Below are positions 42,355-51,001 of a stretch of DNA of 63,954 bases, one piece after another. The first letter of the stretch is position 1, and every line of letters begins with the position of its first letter. Position numbers and translations under genes: made by a program. Origin of the DNA: Nitrospinales bacterium (GTDB taxonomy: Bacteria; Nitrospinota; Nitrospinia; Nitrospinales; VA-1); NCBI GenBank assembly GCA_022450865.1, contig JAKUOQ010000002.1, forward strand, positions 1 to 63,954. Direction: 5' to 3'. The notes beneath the pieces were generated by a model. It was not told the origin of the DNA. It did no database searches and saw nothing but the letters and a program-made list of their open reading frames with translations.

Positions 42355-42387
42355 GCCCACAAGGGGTTTCCCTTGTGGGCTTTTTTT
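42355..42387 (+). terminator. rho-independent terminator
   Basis: GCCCACAAGGG-GTTT-CCCTTGTGGGC (11-bp stem) followed by T7, 22 nt after the stop. Confidence 0.85.
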
Positions 42388-42566
42388 ATTTCTCCTCTTT
42401 CTGTTTGTCTTTTTAGAACACAATCGTGATTCTTTATTTTCGGGATAAAAGGTTCTAAAATACAGACAATGAAAATCGCAATCATTCATGGAGCAACTTG
42501 AAAAACAATCGGGCCAGACCCGGGGGAAGTAAAATAGCTTCCTCGGCCCTCTACCCACCCCAAGAT

Positions 42567-44141
42567 TTAAGATGCCTTCTCAATTCTAATTCTCTTCAGA
42601 TACAAAAGTTCCATAGCATTGGTCTTTAATCCCCGAATATAGGGTTTTACCAAAAGGTTTTGAGCAGAAACAAATAAGGGAATCATGGGAACCTCGATTT
42701 CAGTAAGTAAAACCTGGGCTTCGTCATAAACTTTTTTTCTGTCTTGCGGGTTTTTCAACGTGGATCCTCTAGCAACAAGTTGGTCATAATGTTGGTTTGC
42801 CCATCGCAGCCTGTTGTTTCCACTTGTCTTAATAAATAAATTCATGAAATTATCAGGATCCGGAAAATCAGCACCCCATCCTAGTCGGAATATTTGAGGA
42901 GGATCGAGATCTAATCGACTTAAAAACACTTTCCACTCTTGGCTTTCAAATTTAATTTCTATATTTAAATGTTTTTTCCATTGTTCTTGGAGATATTCTC
43001 CCACCAATCTATTCACATCTCCGGTATTGAAAACAGCTGTAACTTTTGGGAAATTTTTTCCATCAGGGTATCCCGCATTTGCGAGTAACGACCGGGCTTT
43101 TTGCGGATTAAATTTTGAACCAATGTCCTCGTTGTAACCAAACATTCCCTTAGGTATCCAGGAAGATGCAGCAAGCTCACCTCCTTTAAGGATTTTGGGG
43201 ATTAGGGATCTATTGATTGAGTGCGCTAGAGCTTTCCTTACCTGGATGTTGTCAAAGGGAGGCTTGGTAATATTAAAACCATAATAATATCCTCTAAGTT
43301 GGGGTTTGTTTCTATATTCAGGGCTGTTTTTATAATGTGGAATGGCAATTGGGGGCAACTCTATATAATCCAATTCTCCCGTTTCATAGAGTGTTAATGC
43401 GGTCGTTGGTTCTTGGATTACAAAAATTTGAACCTCGTTTATTTTAGGTTTTCCTTCATAGTGTTGCGGATTAGCTTTTAAAATCAGTTTATATTCGTGC
43501 TCCCACTTTTCCAGAAGATATGGTCCATTAGTCACAATTTTTCCAGGTTCGGTCCAATTATCTCCGTACTTCTCAATAATATCCTGACGAAGTGGAAAGG
43601 TAACCATAAAAGTTGTGATGCTTGGAAAATAAACAACAGGTTTTTTAAGCGTTACTTCAAGAATGTCAGAAGCGAGGGCGCGAACCCCGACCTGACTACT
43701 GTTCTCGAGCGTACCAGAGTTGTATTCAAATGCATTTTTAATATCAAAAAGAAAGTAGGCATATTGAGCGGCAGTCTCTGGAGCGAGGAGTCGCTTCCAG
43801 GAATATTCAAAATCACTGGCCGTTACACTTTTTCCATCACTCCAAAAAACATCATCTCTTAGATAAAAAGTGATGGTCCGGCCTTCATTAGAATACTCCC
43901 ATCGTTTCGCGATAGCGGGAATTGGATTCAATTCAGCATCGTATTGCGTGAGCCCTTCCATCAGGTTGGTTAGAATGGTAAAAGAAACGCTATCTGTAGC
44001 AAGGCTTCCATCCAGAGTGGGCGGCTCATTTTTAATGGTCATTCTGAAAATAGAAGGATCTGCAGATGGCATCTTTGTGCACCCGCAGACCATAAAAAGG
44101 AAAATACAAATATGGGTTAGCTTTGAAAAAATTATGGGCAT
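42567..44141 (-). CDS. ABC transporter substrate-binding protein, family 5 (Opp/Dpp/Nik-like), probable lipoprotein
   Basis: 524 aa. N-terminal hydrophobic segment ending CGC, and a family-5 SBP pattern (W.DG.pvTA.DF.ySW.R). No permease or ATPase gene is adjacent. Confidence 0.85.
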   Translation of the reverse strand: MPIIFSKLTHICIFLFMVCGCTKMPSADPSIFRMTIKNEPPTLDGSLATDSVSFTILTNLMEGLTQYDAELNPIPAIAKRWEYSNEGRTITFYLRDDVFWSDGKSVTASDFEYSWKRLLAPETAAQYAYFLFDIKNAFEYNSGTLENSSQVGVRALASDILEVTLKKPVVYFPSITTFMVTFPLRQDIIEKYGDNWTEPGKIVTNGPYLLEKWEHEYKLILKANPQHYEGKPKINEVQIFVIQEPTTALTLYETGELDYIELPPIAIPHYKNSPEYRNKPQLRGYYYGFNITKPPFDNIQVRKALAHSINRSLIPKILKGGELAASSWIPKGMFGYNEDIGSKFNPQKARSLLANAGYPDGKNFPKVTAVFNTGDVNRLVGEYLQEQWKKHLNIEIKFESQEWKVFLSRLDLDPPQIFRLGWGADFPDPDNFMNLFIKTSGNNRLRWANQHYDQLVARGSTLKNPQDRKKVYDEAQVLLTEIEVPMIPLFVSAQNLLVKPYIRGLKTNAMELLYLKRIRIEKAS

Positions 44142-44441
44142 GTAAAATAGGTATAAAAACTAGGAGTTATTGGTTCAAAGATTTAACGTATTTATCCACA
44201 ATTTACTGATACTATTAGCTAAAATCAGGTTAGGACATTGCGATTTTTGCTTCCAATTAAGTTCTAAATTGCTGCATTCCGCACTATTCTATATATTTAT
44301 TAATTATTTACACAATAAATTTAAAGGCTTTCCCCCTAATGTTGGGAGGAATAAATTGAATTAGCTGAAATCGGCATTTATCTCTTTACTTTTCAACTCA
44401 CCTTTATAAAATGAACCCTTTTACTTTTAAGCGGATTGCAA

Positions 44442-45107
44442 ATGGCTGAAGACATCTCCTATATTAGAAAATGGATAAAGAGAGGCTTAAGCAAAGATAA
44501 AAAGACTCTGGATTTTTCCAATAAGGGAATTGACAACTTAATAGCTGAAGAGTTAGCTGAGAATGTTGCGCTCCCTGATATTGAGATTTTATATTTGCAT
44601 ACAAATAAAATTAAGGACGAAGGCCTTGAGGAGCTTGCAAATTCCGAATTTTTTGAGCCCTTGAAAGAACTATGGGTTTATGAAAATAAAATTGGCGACA
44701 ATGGAGCTGTTGCCTTGGCAGAATCCGATAATGTGCTCCAATTAAGGTATTTAAGTTTGTATACGAACAGGGTTGGAGATGATGGAGCCATTGCATTGGC
44801 AAACTCTAAAAACCTAAAAAACTTAGAGACCCTTGATTTATCTTTTAATAGGATTGGAGATCTAGGAGCCGAAGCATTGGCAAAATCAACCTGTTTAAAA
44901 AACCTAAAAGCCTTACATCTCGATGCTAATCGCATTGGGTTCAAAGGAATGCAAGCTCTGGCAGAGCTTTCAGGATTACAAAATCTTGAAACGCTAAATA
45001 TTACATATAACCTAGTTCATCCTCAGGGCCTTGCACTATTAGATAATTCGGAACGCTTGCAGAACTTGGGTAAGGTAAAAACAGATGTCCTTAAGGCTGA
45101 AGACTAG
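44442..45107 (+). CDS. leucine-rich repeat protein, ribonuclease-inhibitor (RI/RNI) type
   Basis: Repeats of L..L.L..N.IGD.GA.ALA.S..L.NL. ATG 44442 or TTG 44436. Confidence 0.85.
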   Translation: MAEDISYIRKWIKRGLSKDKKTLDFSNKGIDNLIAEELAENVALPDIEILYLHTNKIKDEGLEELANSEFFEPLKELWVYENKIGDNGAVALAESDNVLQLRYLSLYTNRVGDDGAIALANSKNLKNLETLDLSFNRIGDLGAEALAKSTCLKNLKALHLDANRIGFKGMQALAELSGLQNLETLNITYNLVHPQGLALLDNSERLQNLGKVKTDVLKAED

Positions 45108-45110
45108 ATC

Positions 45111-46589
45111 ATGCCAACCGTAAATAAAGAATCCAATTTTATACTTAATTTAAATAAACAATTGGTTCGAAAGGATCCAGTTTTGGATTTGAGTTATGAG
45201 CGAATGGGAGATGCGGGTATCACATTTATTTGCCAATCAAAAAACCTGTCTCATGTAAGAGAACTTGATTTAAGCTGGAACAAAATTTCTGATCTGGGAC
45301 TACAAAAACTAGCAGACTGTAATTCCCTGACGAGTTTGACTCATCTGATTTTGAACTCGAATGAAATTGCCGATGGTGGAGCTCAGAGTCTTAGTGCATC
45401 TGAAAATTTACCAAAATTAAAATATTTGGAATTAGCCTATAATCGTATCACTCAATTCGGAGCCCTGAGTCTTGTTAAATCTTTCCGACTACGAAACTTA
45501 CATTTACTTGATTTGGAAATGAACCGTGTTGGGGAAAATAAATCTAATAGTTTTCCTGATGGCACAGCAGTTCCTGAACTAAAAATTCTGAACCTCAGAA
45601 AAAATCAAATAGGAGATGATGTCCTTATAAACTGGGTCCAGTCTGGTGGTTTTGAGAGATTAGATCATTTGAACCTAGGCTGGAACAAGATATCGGATGA
45701 AGGGGCCAAGGTTCTTGCAAATTCTCCTACATTAAAACCCTTACGCACCTTGATTCTGGATTCAAATCATATCGGTGATTCTGGCTCGTTAAGGCTGGCT
45801 CAGTCCAAAAACTTAACCAACCTGAAAAATCTCAATATGGCCGACAATAATTTTAAATCTAATGGAGAATCGGCATTATTAGATTTACGCACGCGAAATT
45901 TAGTAGAAAAGCTAACAGCTGATAAAAGCCTAAACCTAAATGTTCTTTATTTAAGAAACAAAGATATTAAAGCATTGTCTTTGTACCAAAAATTGCAAGA
46001 GGTTATTTCTTTATCATTGCGTAATAATCTATTCAATCATCAAGGTTTGGGTGATTTAGCAACATCTCCTTTTGTTATAAATATAGAAAGCTTGAATCTG
46101 ATGGACAATTCAATTGGAGATAAAGGGGTCTTTCTGCTAAGTGAGTCTAAGTCCATGACTAAACTTCAAGTGCTGAACCTGGAAAATACAGGAGTATCCT
46201 CTACTGGAATATTGGCTTTATCTCAGTCGCCTTATTTGAAAAATCTACAGAAATTGAATGTAAATGGGAATTCAATTGATAAAAAAGGATTTCTGTTAAT
46301 TGCTAAGTCTGAAAATTTTAAAAATTTGAAAGTTTTAAAAATTTCTGGAGTTTCAATGGGAGACGAGGGTTTTCAATCCATCATCAATTCTAATTCATTG
46401 AAGCAACTGGAAGAGTTGGAAGTCGCAGGAAATTCTATTTCAAGAAAAGGTCTAATGAAGCTGGCAAAATCTACCCTACTCCCCCAACTGAAAAAGCTAG
46501 ACCTTCGCAGGAACAGCCTTCTTGATGCCGACCAATTATTCCTTTCCCAGTCCTCTGAGTTTGGCAACTTAAAATCAATACGGTTTTAG
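45111..46589 (+). CDS. leucine-rich repeat protein, RI/RNI type (about 16 repeats)
   Basis: The same repeat type through 492 aa. Starts 3 nt after the previous stop. Confidence 0.85.
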   Translation: MPTVNKESNFILNLNKQLVRKDPVLDLSYERMGDAGITFICQSKNLSHVRELDLSWNKISDLGLQKLADCNSLTSLTHLILNSNEIADGGAQSLSASENLPKLKYLELAYNRITQFGALSLVKSFRLRNLHLLDLEMNRVGENKSNSFPDGTAVPELKILNLRKNQIGDDVLINWVQSGGFERLDHLNLGWNKISDEGAKVLANSPTLKPLRTLILDSNHIGDSGSLRLAQSKNLTNLKNLNMADNNFKSNGESALLDLRTRNLVEKLTADKSLNLNVLYLRNKDIKALSLYQKLQEVISLSLRNNLFNHQGLGDLATSPFVINIESLNLMDNSIGDKGVFLLSESKSMTKLQVLNLENTGVSSTGILALSQSPYLKNLQKLNVNGNSIDKKGFLLIAKSENFKNLKVLKISGVSMGDEGFQSIINSNSLKQLEELEVAGNSISRKGLMKLAKSTLLPQLKKLDLRRNSLLDADQLFLSQSSEFGNLKSIRF

Positions 46590-46606
46590 AAGGGAATGGA
46601 TCTAGG

Positions 46607-47728
46607 TTACACAGGTAATTGGCAAATATCTGGCTCAGACGTTTTAGATCTTCCATTTGAATGCCTGTTTTCCAGGTCCGTTTGCCTGTACCGAAAAACT
46701 TTGCCTTCATAGTTTGTAATCACCACTTCCTCATTAGTATGCTCGATAACACTATTAGGTAAGAGTCTGACCTTACCTCCGCCTCCGGGAGCGTCAATCA
46801 CAAAATAAGGGACAGCCATGCCTGATGTATGGCCCATGAGGTCTTTCATAATATCGAGACCTTTTTGAACGGAGGTGCGCAAATGATCTGTTCCTTCTGT
46901 CATATCGGCCTGATAGATATAGTAGGGTTTAATACGGTTCTTCAATAATTTTTGCATCAATTCCTTCATCGTTGCAGAGTCATCATTGACGCCTTTTAAC
47001 AGGACTGTTTGACTGCCTAAAGGAATCCCAATATCTGCCAGCATACTGCAGGCTTTTTCAACTTCAGGAGTTAATTCCGAGGGGTGATTAAAATGCATAT
47101 TGAAATACAACGGATGATATTTTTTTAATATGGAACACAGGTTTTCTGTAATCCTTGCGGGTAGGGTGCCGGGAACACGAGTACCAATACGGAGGATTTC
47201 CAAATGAGGTATCGATCGCAATTCGCCCAGAATTCGATCAAGCTCTTTATCAGGAACGAGAAGCGGGTCGCCCCCGGACATGATCACATCCCGTATTTCC
47301 GAATGGTTACGAATATACTCTATCCCTTGTCTTAATGTTTCCCGGGTAACTATTCCAGGGAATCCGATTTTTCGTTTGCGTGTGCAAAATCGGCAAACTA
47401 CAGGACACTGATTGTTGATCATCAACAGCACTCGGTCTGGGTAGCGGTGAACTAATTCTGGTACAGGCATATCGCCTTCTTCGTTGAGAGGATCAGATAT
47501 CAAATCCTCTTGAATAAAATCGTCCAATTCTTCAAGGGTTGGGACCACTTGTCTCCATAATGGATCGTTAGAACTTTTGATTTGATCCAAAAAATAGGAG
47601 TTGATTCGAATAGGGTAATTTTCACGAACCTGTTCCAGTTTTTCCCTGTATTCATCTGATTCGGGAATAAAAGGAAGATCTTTAACTTTAACCGCACTCT
47701 GGCTGAGTTGTTTTTGCCATAATTCCAT
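46607..47728 (-). CDS. KamA-family radical SAM aminomutase (lysine 2,3-aminomutase-like)
   Basis: CPVVCRFCTRKRK cluster motif, SGGDPL, and a PLP-lysine region PYYIYQADMTEGTDHLR typical of the KamA/EpmB family. Confidence 0.88.
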   Translation of the reverse strand: MELWQKQLSQSAVKVKDLPFIPESDEYREKLEQVRENYPIRINSYFLDQIKSSNDPLWRQVVPTLEELDDFIQEDLISDPLNEEGDMPVPELVHRYPDRVLLMINNQCPVVCRFCTRKRKIGFPGIVTRETLRQGIEYIRNHSEIRDVIMSGGDPLLVPDKELDRILGELRSIPHLEILRIGTRVPGTLPARITENLCSILKKYHPLYFNMHFNHPSELTPEVEKACSMLADIGIPLGSQTVLLKGVNDDSATMKELMQKLLKNRIKPYYIYQADMTEGTDHLRTSVQKGLDIMKDLMGHTSGMAVPYFVIDAPGGGGKVRLLPNSVIEHTNEEVVITNYEGKVFRYRQTDLENRHSNGRSKTSEPDICQLPV

Positions 47729-47751
47729 GAGTTACCTTCAGTATGTGGAAA

Positions 47752-47988
47752 TCAAGAGTTAACAGGATAGGTCTTTTTCAGGTAGTCGATGATTTCGTAC
47801 TCGTCTGCCAAAATGGTATCGCCATCAACCAAAACGGGAACCGTGGTTTGCCCTGATATTTCATAAACCTCTTTTCGTTCGGGGTGCGACCAAGAAACAT
47901 CTATCTTTTCATATTCAAGGCCTATTTGCGCCAGCTCGCTTCTCACCATAGCGCAATAACCACAGCCATCAATATTATATAGTTTCAT
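47752..47988 (-). CDS. glutaredoxin-like / GST-N-fold small thiol protein
   Basis: 78 aa with a CGYC active-site motif at residues 9-12 and a TVPVL cis-Pro loop. Confidence 0.75.
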   Translation of the reverse strand: MKLYNIDGCGYCAMVRSELAQIGLEYEKIDVSWSHPERKEVYEISGQTTVPVLVDGDTILADEYEIIDYLKKTYPVNS

Positions 47989-47996
47989 TTAAGTCC

Positions 47997-49376
47997 TTAA
48001 AATCCTTTTGTTGCACAAGGGACCATAATGGCATCTACCATGCCATGAATTTTCTTTTTATCCTGAGGACAAAGAGTCGCCAGAACTCCACCCAATTGAG
48101 TCGATTCACCCAAAACGAAATAATATGGTGTCAACCTCACTCGACTTGTCATTGTTTCGATTTTATCCTCAACCATATTTAAATACCGTGCTTCAACCTT
48201 TTTTCCTTTATAAAACTTTTGTAAAATCGAAGGTTGGCTGGGAAATTGTTCCAAACCTTTCGTCAAAGTTTGTTGCCATGTATCGCTGGAAACATCGTGC
48301 CCGACAACAACTCCTCGACTTCCCCAGGATTCGGGAGAAAAACCTGAAGGCTTAACCACCATTTCCCTTTCTTTTTGCGTCATAGGGAATAACTCCTTCC
48401 AATCTCTCACTTGATTCCCCTTAACTTCAAGATCAGGGATCACCCCATGTGGCGGAAGGGGTCTGGAATCAAGAATCCAGGTTTCTGGAATTAGATGAGT
48501 TAGAGCAGTAAAAGTTTCAGAGCCCAGGGCTTTTTCCCAATCTGATTTTAAAGAAGGATGGGAAAATAGGGCAAAACTGAGCTTTTCTTCTAACCAGGGC
48601 TTATAGGGAGGGGTGGTAATCACCTGCCCTTTTTTAGTCGCATAGAGAAGTAATTCTGATTTAGGGATATTTTTGAGATCAAATAACTCGAAAAAACGGT
48701 ATAAAACATCGACTCGAACCCATTTTCCCATATCCATCACAAAAAGACCTTCGTCCCTGAAACTCATATCCTTAGGGTGAACTACATACACTCCCTTATT
48801 ATTTAAAAGGGACCCGAGATATTGCATCTCACTGAGATAATCTTTAGCCTCATCGGAGACAACAATAGCAATATTAGGGGTGGGTTCTTTGGTGACCGAT
48901 CCTGCCATTTTGTAAAATAGGGAAGGAATGCCCGCTCCCGTAATTTCCCAGGAGGGGTCTTCATAAAGTGACATAAGGGCAGAGGTTAACCCAAACCCTC
49001 CCGGAACCGAGTCCAATTCTGTGACAGCAAATCCTTTTTCGGTAGGTATAACATCGGGTCTTATTATTCCAGGCAATGCCTGGCGCATTCTTTTCATGCG
49101 CCCGAACTCGATCAGTTCTTGAGGCTTTCCTGCATCAAGATATTCTGCTATCCATGGATGAAAATTTCCTTTGACGCTGTCTAAATAAAATCGATTAAGA
49201 ACGGAATAAAACTTGAGCAGGTGTGGGCCAAGTTCATGAAAGAACGTGGTTTCTTCCTGAGAAAGAAAATAAGGTTCTGGAGAGATTCGCCAGGTATTTC
49301 CAGAGTCGGAAAACAGTCCGGCCTGCACCAAAGAGGCCTTTATATCGACACATATTTTTGAAGGTTCCACAATCAT
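47997..49376 (-). CDS. ATP-grasp-type ligase, glutathione-synthetase-like (eukaryotic-type/circularly permuted arrangement), function unknown
   Basis: IIRPDVIPTEKGFAVTELDSVPGGFGL parallels the R.D....E.N....GG element of eu-type GSH synthetases. Also V.VLYRFFE, LEEKLSFALFSHP, VVKPSGFS...G and RLTPYYF. Assignment is by pattern memory only. Confidence 0.5.
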   Translation of the reverse strand: MIVEPSKICVDIKASLVQAGLFSDSGNTWRISPEPYFLSQEETTFFHELGPHLLKFYSVLNRFYLDSVKGNFHPWIAEYLDAGKPQELIEFGRMKRMRQALPGIIRPDVIPTEKGFAVTELDSVPGGFGLTSALMSLYEDPSWEITGAGIPSLFYKMAGSVTKEPTPNIAIVVSDEAKDYLSEMQYLGSLLNNKGVYVVHPKDMSFRDEGLFVMDMGKWVRVDVLYRFFELFDLKNIPKSELLLYATKKGQVITTPPYKPWLEEKLSFALFSHPSLKSDWEKALGSETFTALTHLIPETWILDSRPLPPHGVIPDLEVKGNQVRDWKELFPMTQKEREMVVKPSGFSPESWGSRGVVVGHDVSSDTWQQTLTKGLEQFPSQPSILQKFYKGKKVEARYLNMVEDKIETMTSRVRLTPYYFVLGESTQLGGVLATLCPQDKKKIHGMVDAIMVPCATKGF

Positions 49377-49449
49377 GAAATTTTAGATTAAGAAATAAAA
49401 TAGAAATTGTCAAATTTACAACTTTAAGATTAAACAGTTTAATGCCAGG

Positions 49450-49458
49450 TGCTATAAT
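49450..49458 (+). promoter_or_regulatory. extended -10 promoter element TGCTATAAT
   Basis: TGn + TATAAT, 31 nt upstream of the 49489 ATG. Confidence 0.4.
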
Positions 49459-49488
49459 AGTATTTTTAATTCGAACGCACCGAAAAAT

Positions 49489-50169
49489 ATGCCCCATCAA
49501 CTTCAAACTGGAATAACCATACCTGTTTTTCCTCTCCCTACAACAGTATTTTATCCAGGAACACCTTTGCCCTTACATATCTTCGAACCGCGATACCGGG
49601 AGATGACTGCTGATGCGCTGGAAGGAAAACGCACAATAGGAATGGTACTCCTGAAACCCAATTGGGAAGAAGATTATTTCGACAAGCCACAAATTTTCTC
49701 TGCCGGTTGCGTTGGAGATATTCAAAAGGTGATTAAGCATCCCGACGGTAAATACAATTTTACATTGATGGGTCTTCGTCGGTTCCGCATTATTAAGGAG
49801 GAAGAGGGGAAACCTTATCGCCAAGCAAAAATAGAATTATTAGAAGAAAAAAACGAACAGGATATTTTTGAAGACCGACCTAACGAGTGCCGAGAAAAAC
49901 TCATTGAAAATTTTCGCAAGCTTATTGGATTCATTCCCGAAGGCAATTCGAAAAAAAAAGAACCTGATTGGAATCTGGGCACAAAACTCAGTGAGTTTGT
50001 CGACCGGTTCGCCTATCAACTCGATCTTTCCCTCGAACAAAAGCAAAGCTTTCTTGAAGAGCAGGATGTCCTCAAACGCGCAGATTTTCTTCACTCGTTC
50101 TTAAAAATGAAAATCGACCTGATCCAGCTTTCAAAAATGCGTGCTACCCACGACCCCCGCTGGAACTAG
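49489..50169 (+). CDS. LON N-terminal (substrate-binding) domain protein
   Basis: IPVFPLPTTVFYPGTPLPLHIFEPRYREM is typical of the Lon N-domain. No AAA+ or protease domain. Confidence 0.85.
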   Translation: MPHQLQTGITIPVFPLPTTVFYPGTPLPLHIFEPRYREMTADALEGKRTIGMVLLKPNWEEDYFDKPQIFSAGCVGDIQKVIKHPDGKYNFTLMGLRRFRIIKEEEGKPYRQAKIELLEEKNEQDIFEDRPNECREKLIENFRKLIGFIPEGNSKKKEPDWNLGTKLSEFVDRFAYQLDLSLEQKQSFLEEQDVLKRADFLHSFLKMKIDLIQLSKMRATHDPRWN

Positions 50170-50220
50170 CCAAAACGCGCCCGGCAGGAATAAGGCTTTT
50201 TATGTCTTCAATATCAATCC

Positions 50221-50982
50221 TCAAATTTCTGAAGGCATAATCAAGCTTAAACAAGTAATACCTCCATCGGCTTTTTCAAATTCGCTCATTTCCAGCTCAA
50301 TAGTCTCAAAACCATATTGGCGAATTTTTTTGTTCACATTTTGGAACCCGGCAGGCATGATTACTTGGTTTCCCACCGCTAGACAATTTGCAGCATAGGA
50401 ATCTTTTTCTTCCACTTCAATCCATTTAAAATTTTTAAATGCGGCGCTCTCTATTCTTTCAGGATTTATGAGTAAAATATTATTTCCCAAATAACTGACT
50501 GCGCTTTTCAGGTGCAATCCTTTAATAACAGGTATGGAAACCATCTTTTTACAAATCTGTTTGGATAAAAACTTAGCAGCCTTCGCATCCGTTCGGTTCG
50601 TTAGGCCTACATAAACTGCTTCCGGAGTGCTTAGAATATCCCCTCCATCCAAATAGGGTTTCAGTTGCAGGAGTTTAAGATGATTTTTTAGTACCTTTGC
50701 AACCGACTTCACTTCGTTTCGGCGGCTTTTTTCTTTTGTGGAACACAAGAATGCAGTCTCACCAAAAACAAAAGCGGTGTCTTCGACAAAAGTTGAGTCA
50801 GGAAGAGAATCTTCGGGAGGCAAAGAAAGGATTTTACCCCCTAATTGCTTCAACGCAGCCACATAATTCTGGTGCTGGTTTAACGCTCTGAAATAATTGA
50901 TTCCTTGTTTCTGAGGGTGATTGGAAATAGCTTGCGGAAAGCTGATTCCTGGCGGCCTCACCAATGCAGTGAAGGATTGCAT
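50221..50982 (-). CDS. amidinotransferase-fold enzyme, dimethylarginine dimethylaminohydrolase (DDAH)-like
   Basis: ALVRPPG N-terminus, a His context (LHLKSAVSYL) and a C-terminal nucleophile context (ADGGITCLSL). Confidence 0.75.
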   Translation of the reverse strand: MQSFTALVRPPGISFPQAISNHPQKQGINYFRALNQHQNYVAALKQLGGKILSLPPEDSLPDSTFVEDTAFVFGETAFLCSTKEKSRRNEVKSVAKVLKNHLKLLQLKPYLDGGDILSTPEAVYVGLTNRTDAKAAKFLSKQICKKMVSIPVIKGLHLKSAVSYLGNNILLINPERIESAAFKNFKWIEVEEKDSYAANCLAVGNQVIMPAGFQNVNKKIRQYGFETIELEMSEFEKADGGITCLSLIMPSEI

Positions 50983-51001
50983 TATTATTCCTAAAGCGGT
51001 C

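Noticed and set aside
42319-42558. 79-aa minus-strand ORF and 66-aa plus-strand ORF (42216..42416) around the NuoF-like gene's 3' end.
   Set aside because: They run through the strong intrinsic terminator hairpin, and their translations are low-complexity. This is most likely non-coding spacer.
44192-44200. Perfect DnaA box TTATCCACA in the SBP-LRR intergenic region. Separately, rpmH-rnpA-yidD-yidC is a classical origin-proximal cluster.
   Set aside because: There is only one perfect box. About 0.5 are expected by chance in 64 kb on both strands. No cluster of boxes or AT-rich 13-mers lies next to it. No dnaA or dnaN is in the window, and the rpmH upstream region (54691..54994) contains no DnaA boxes. 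There is not enough evidence to call an origin.
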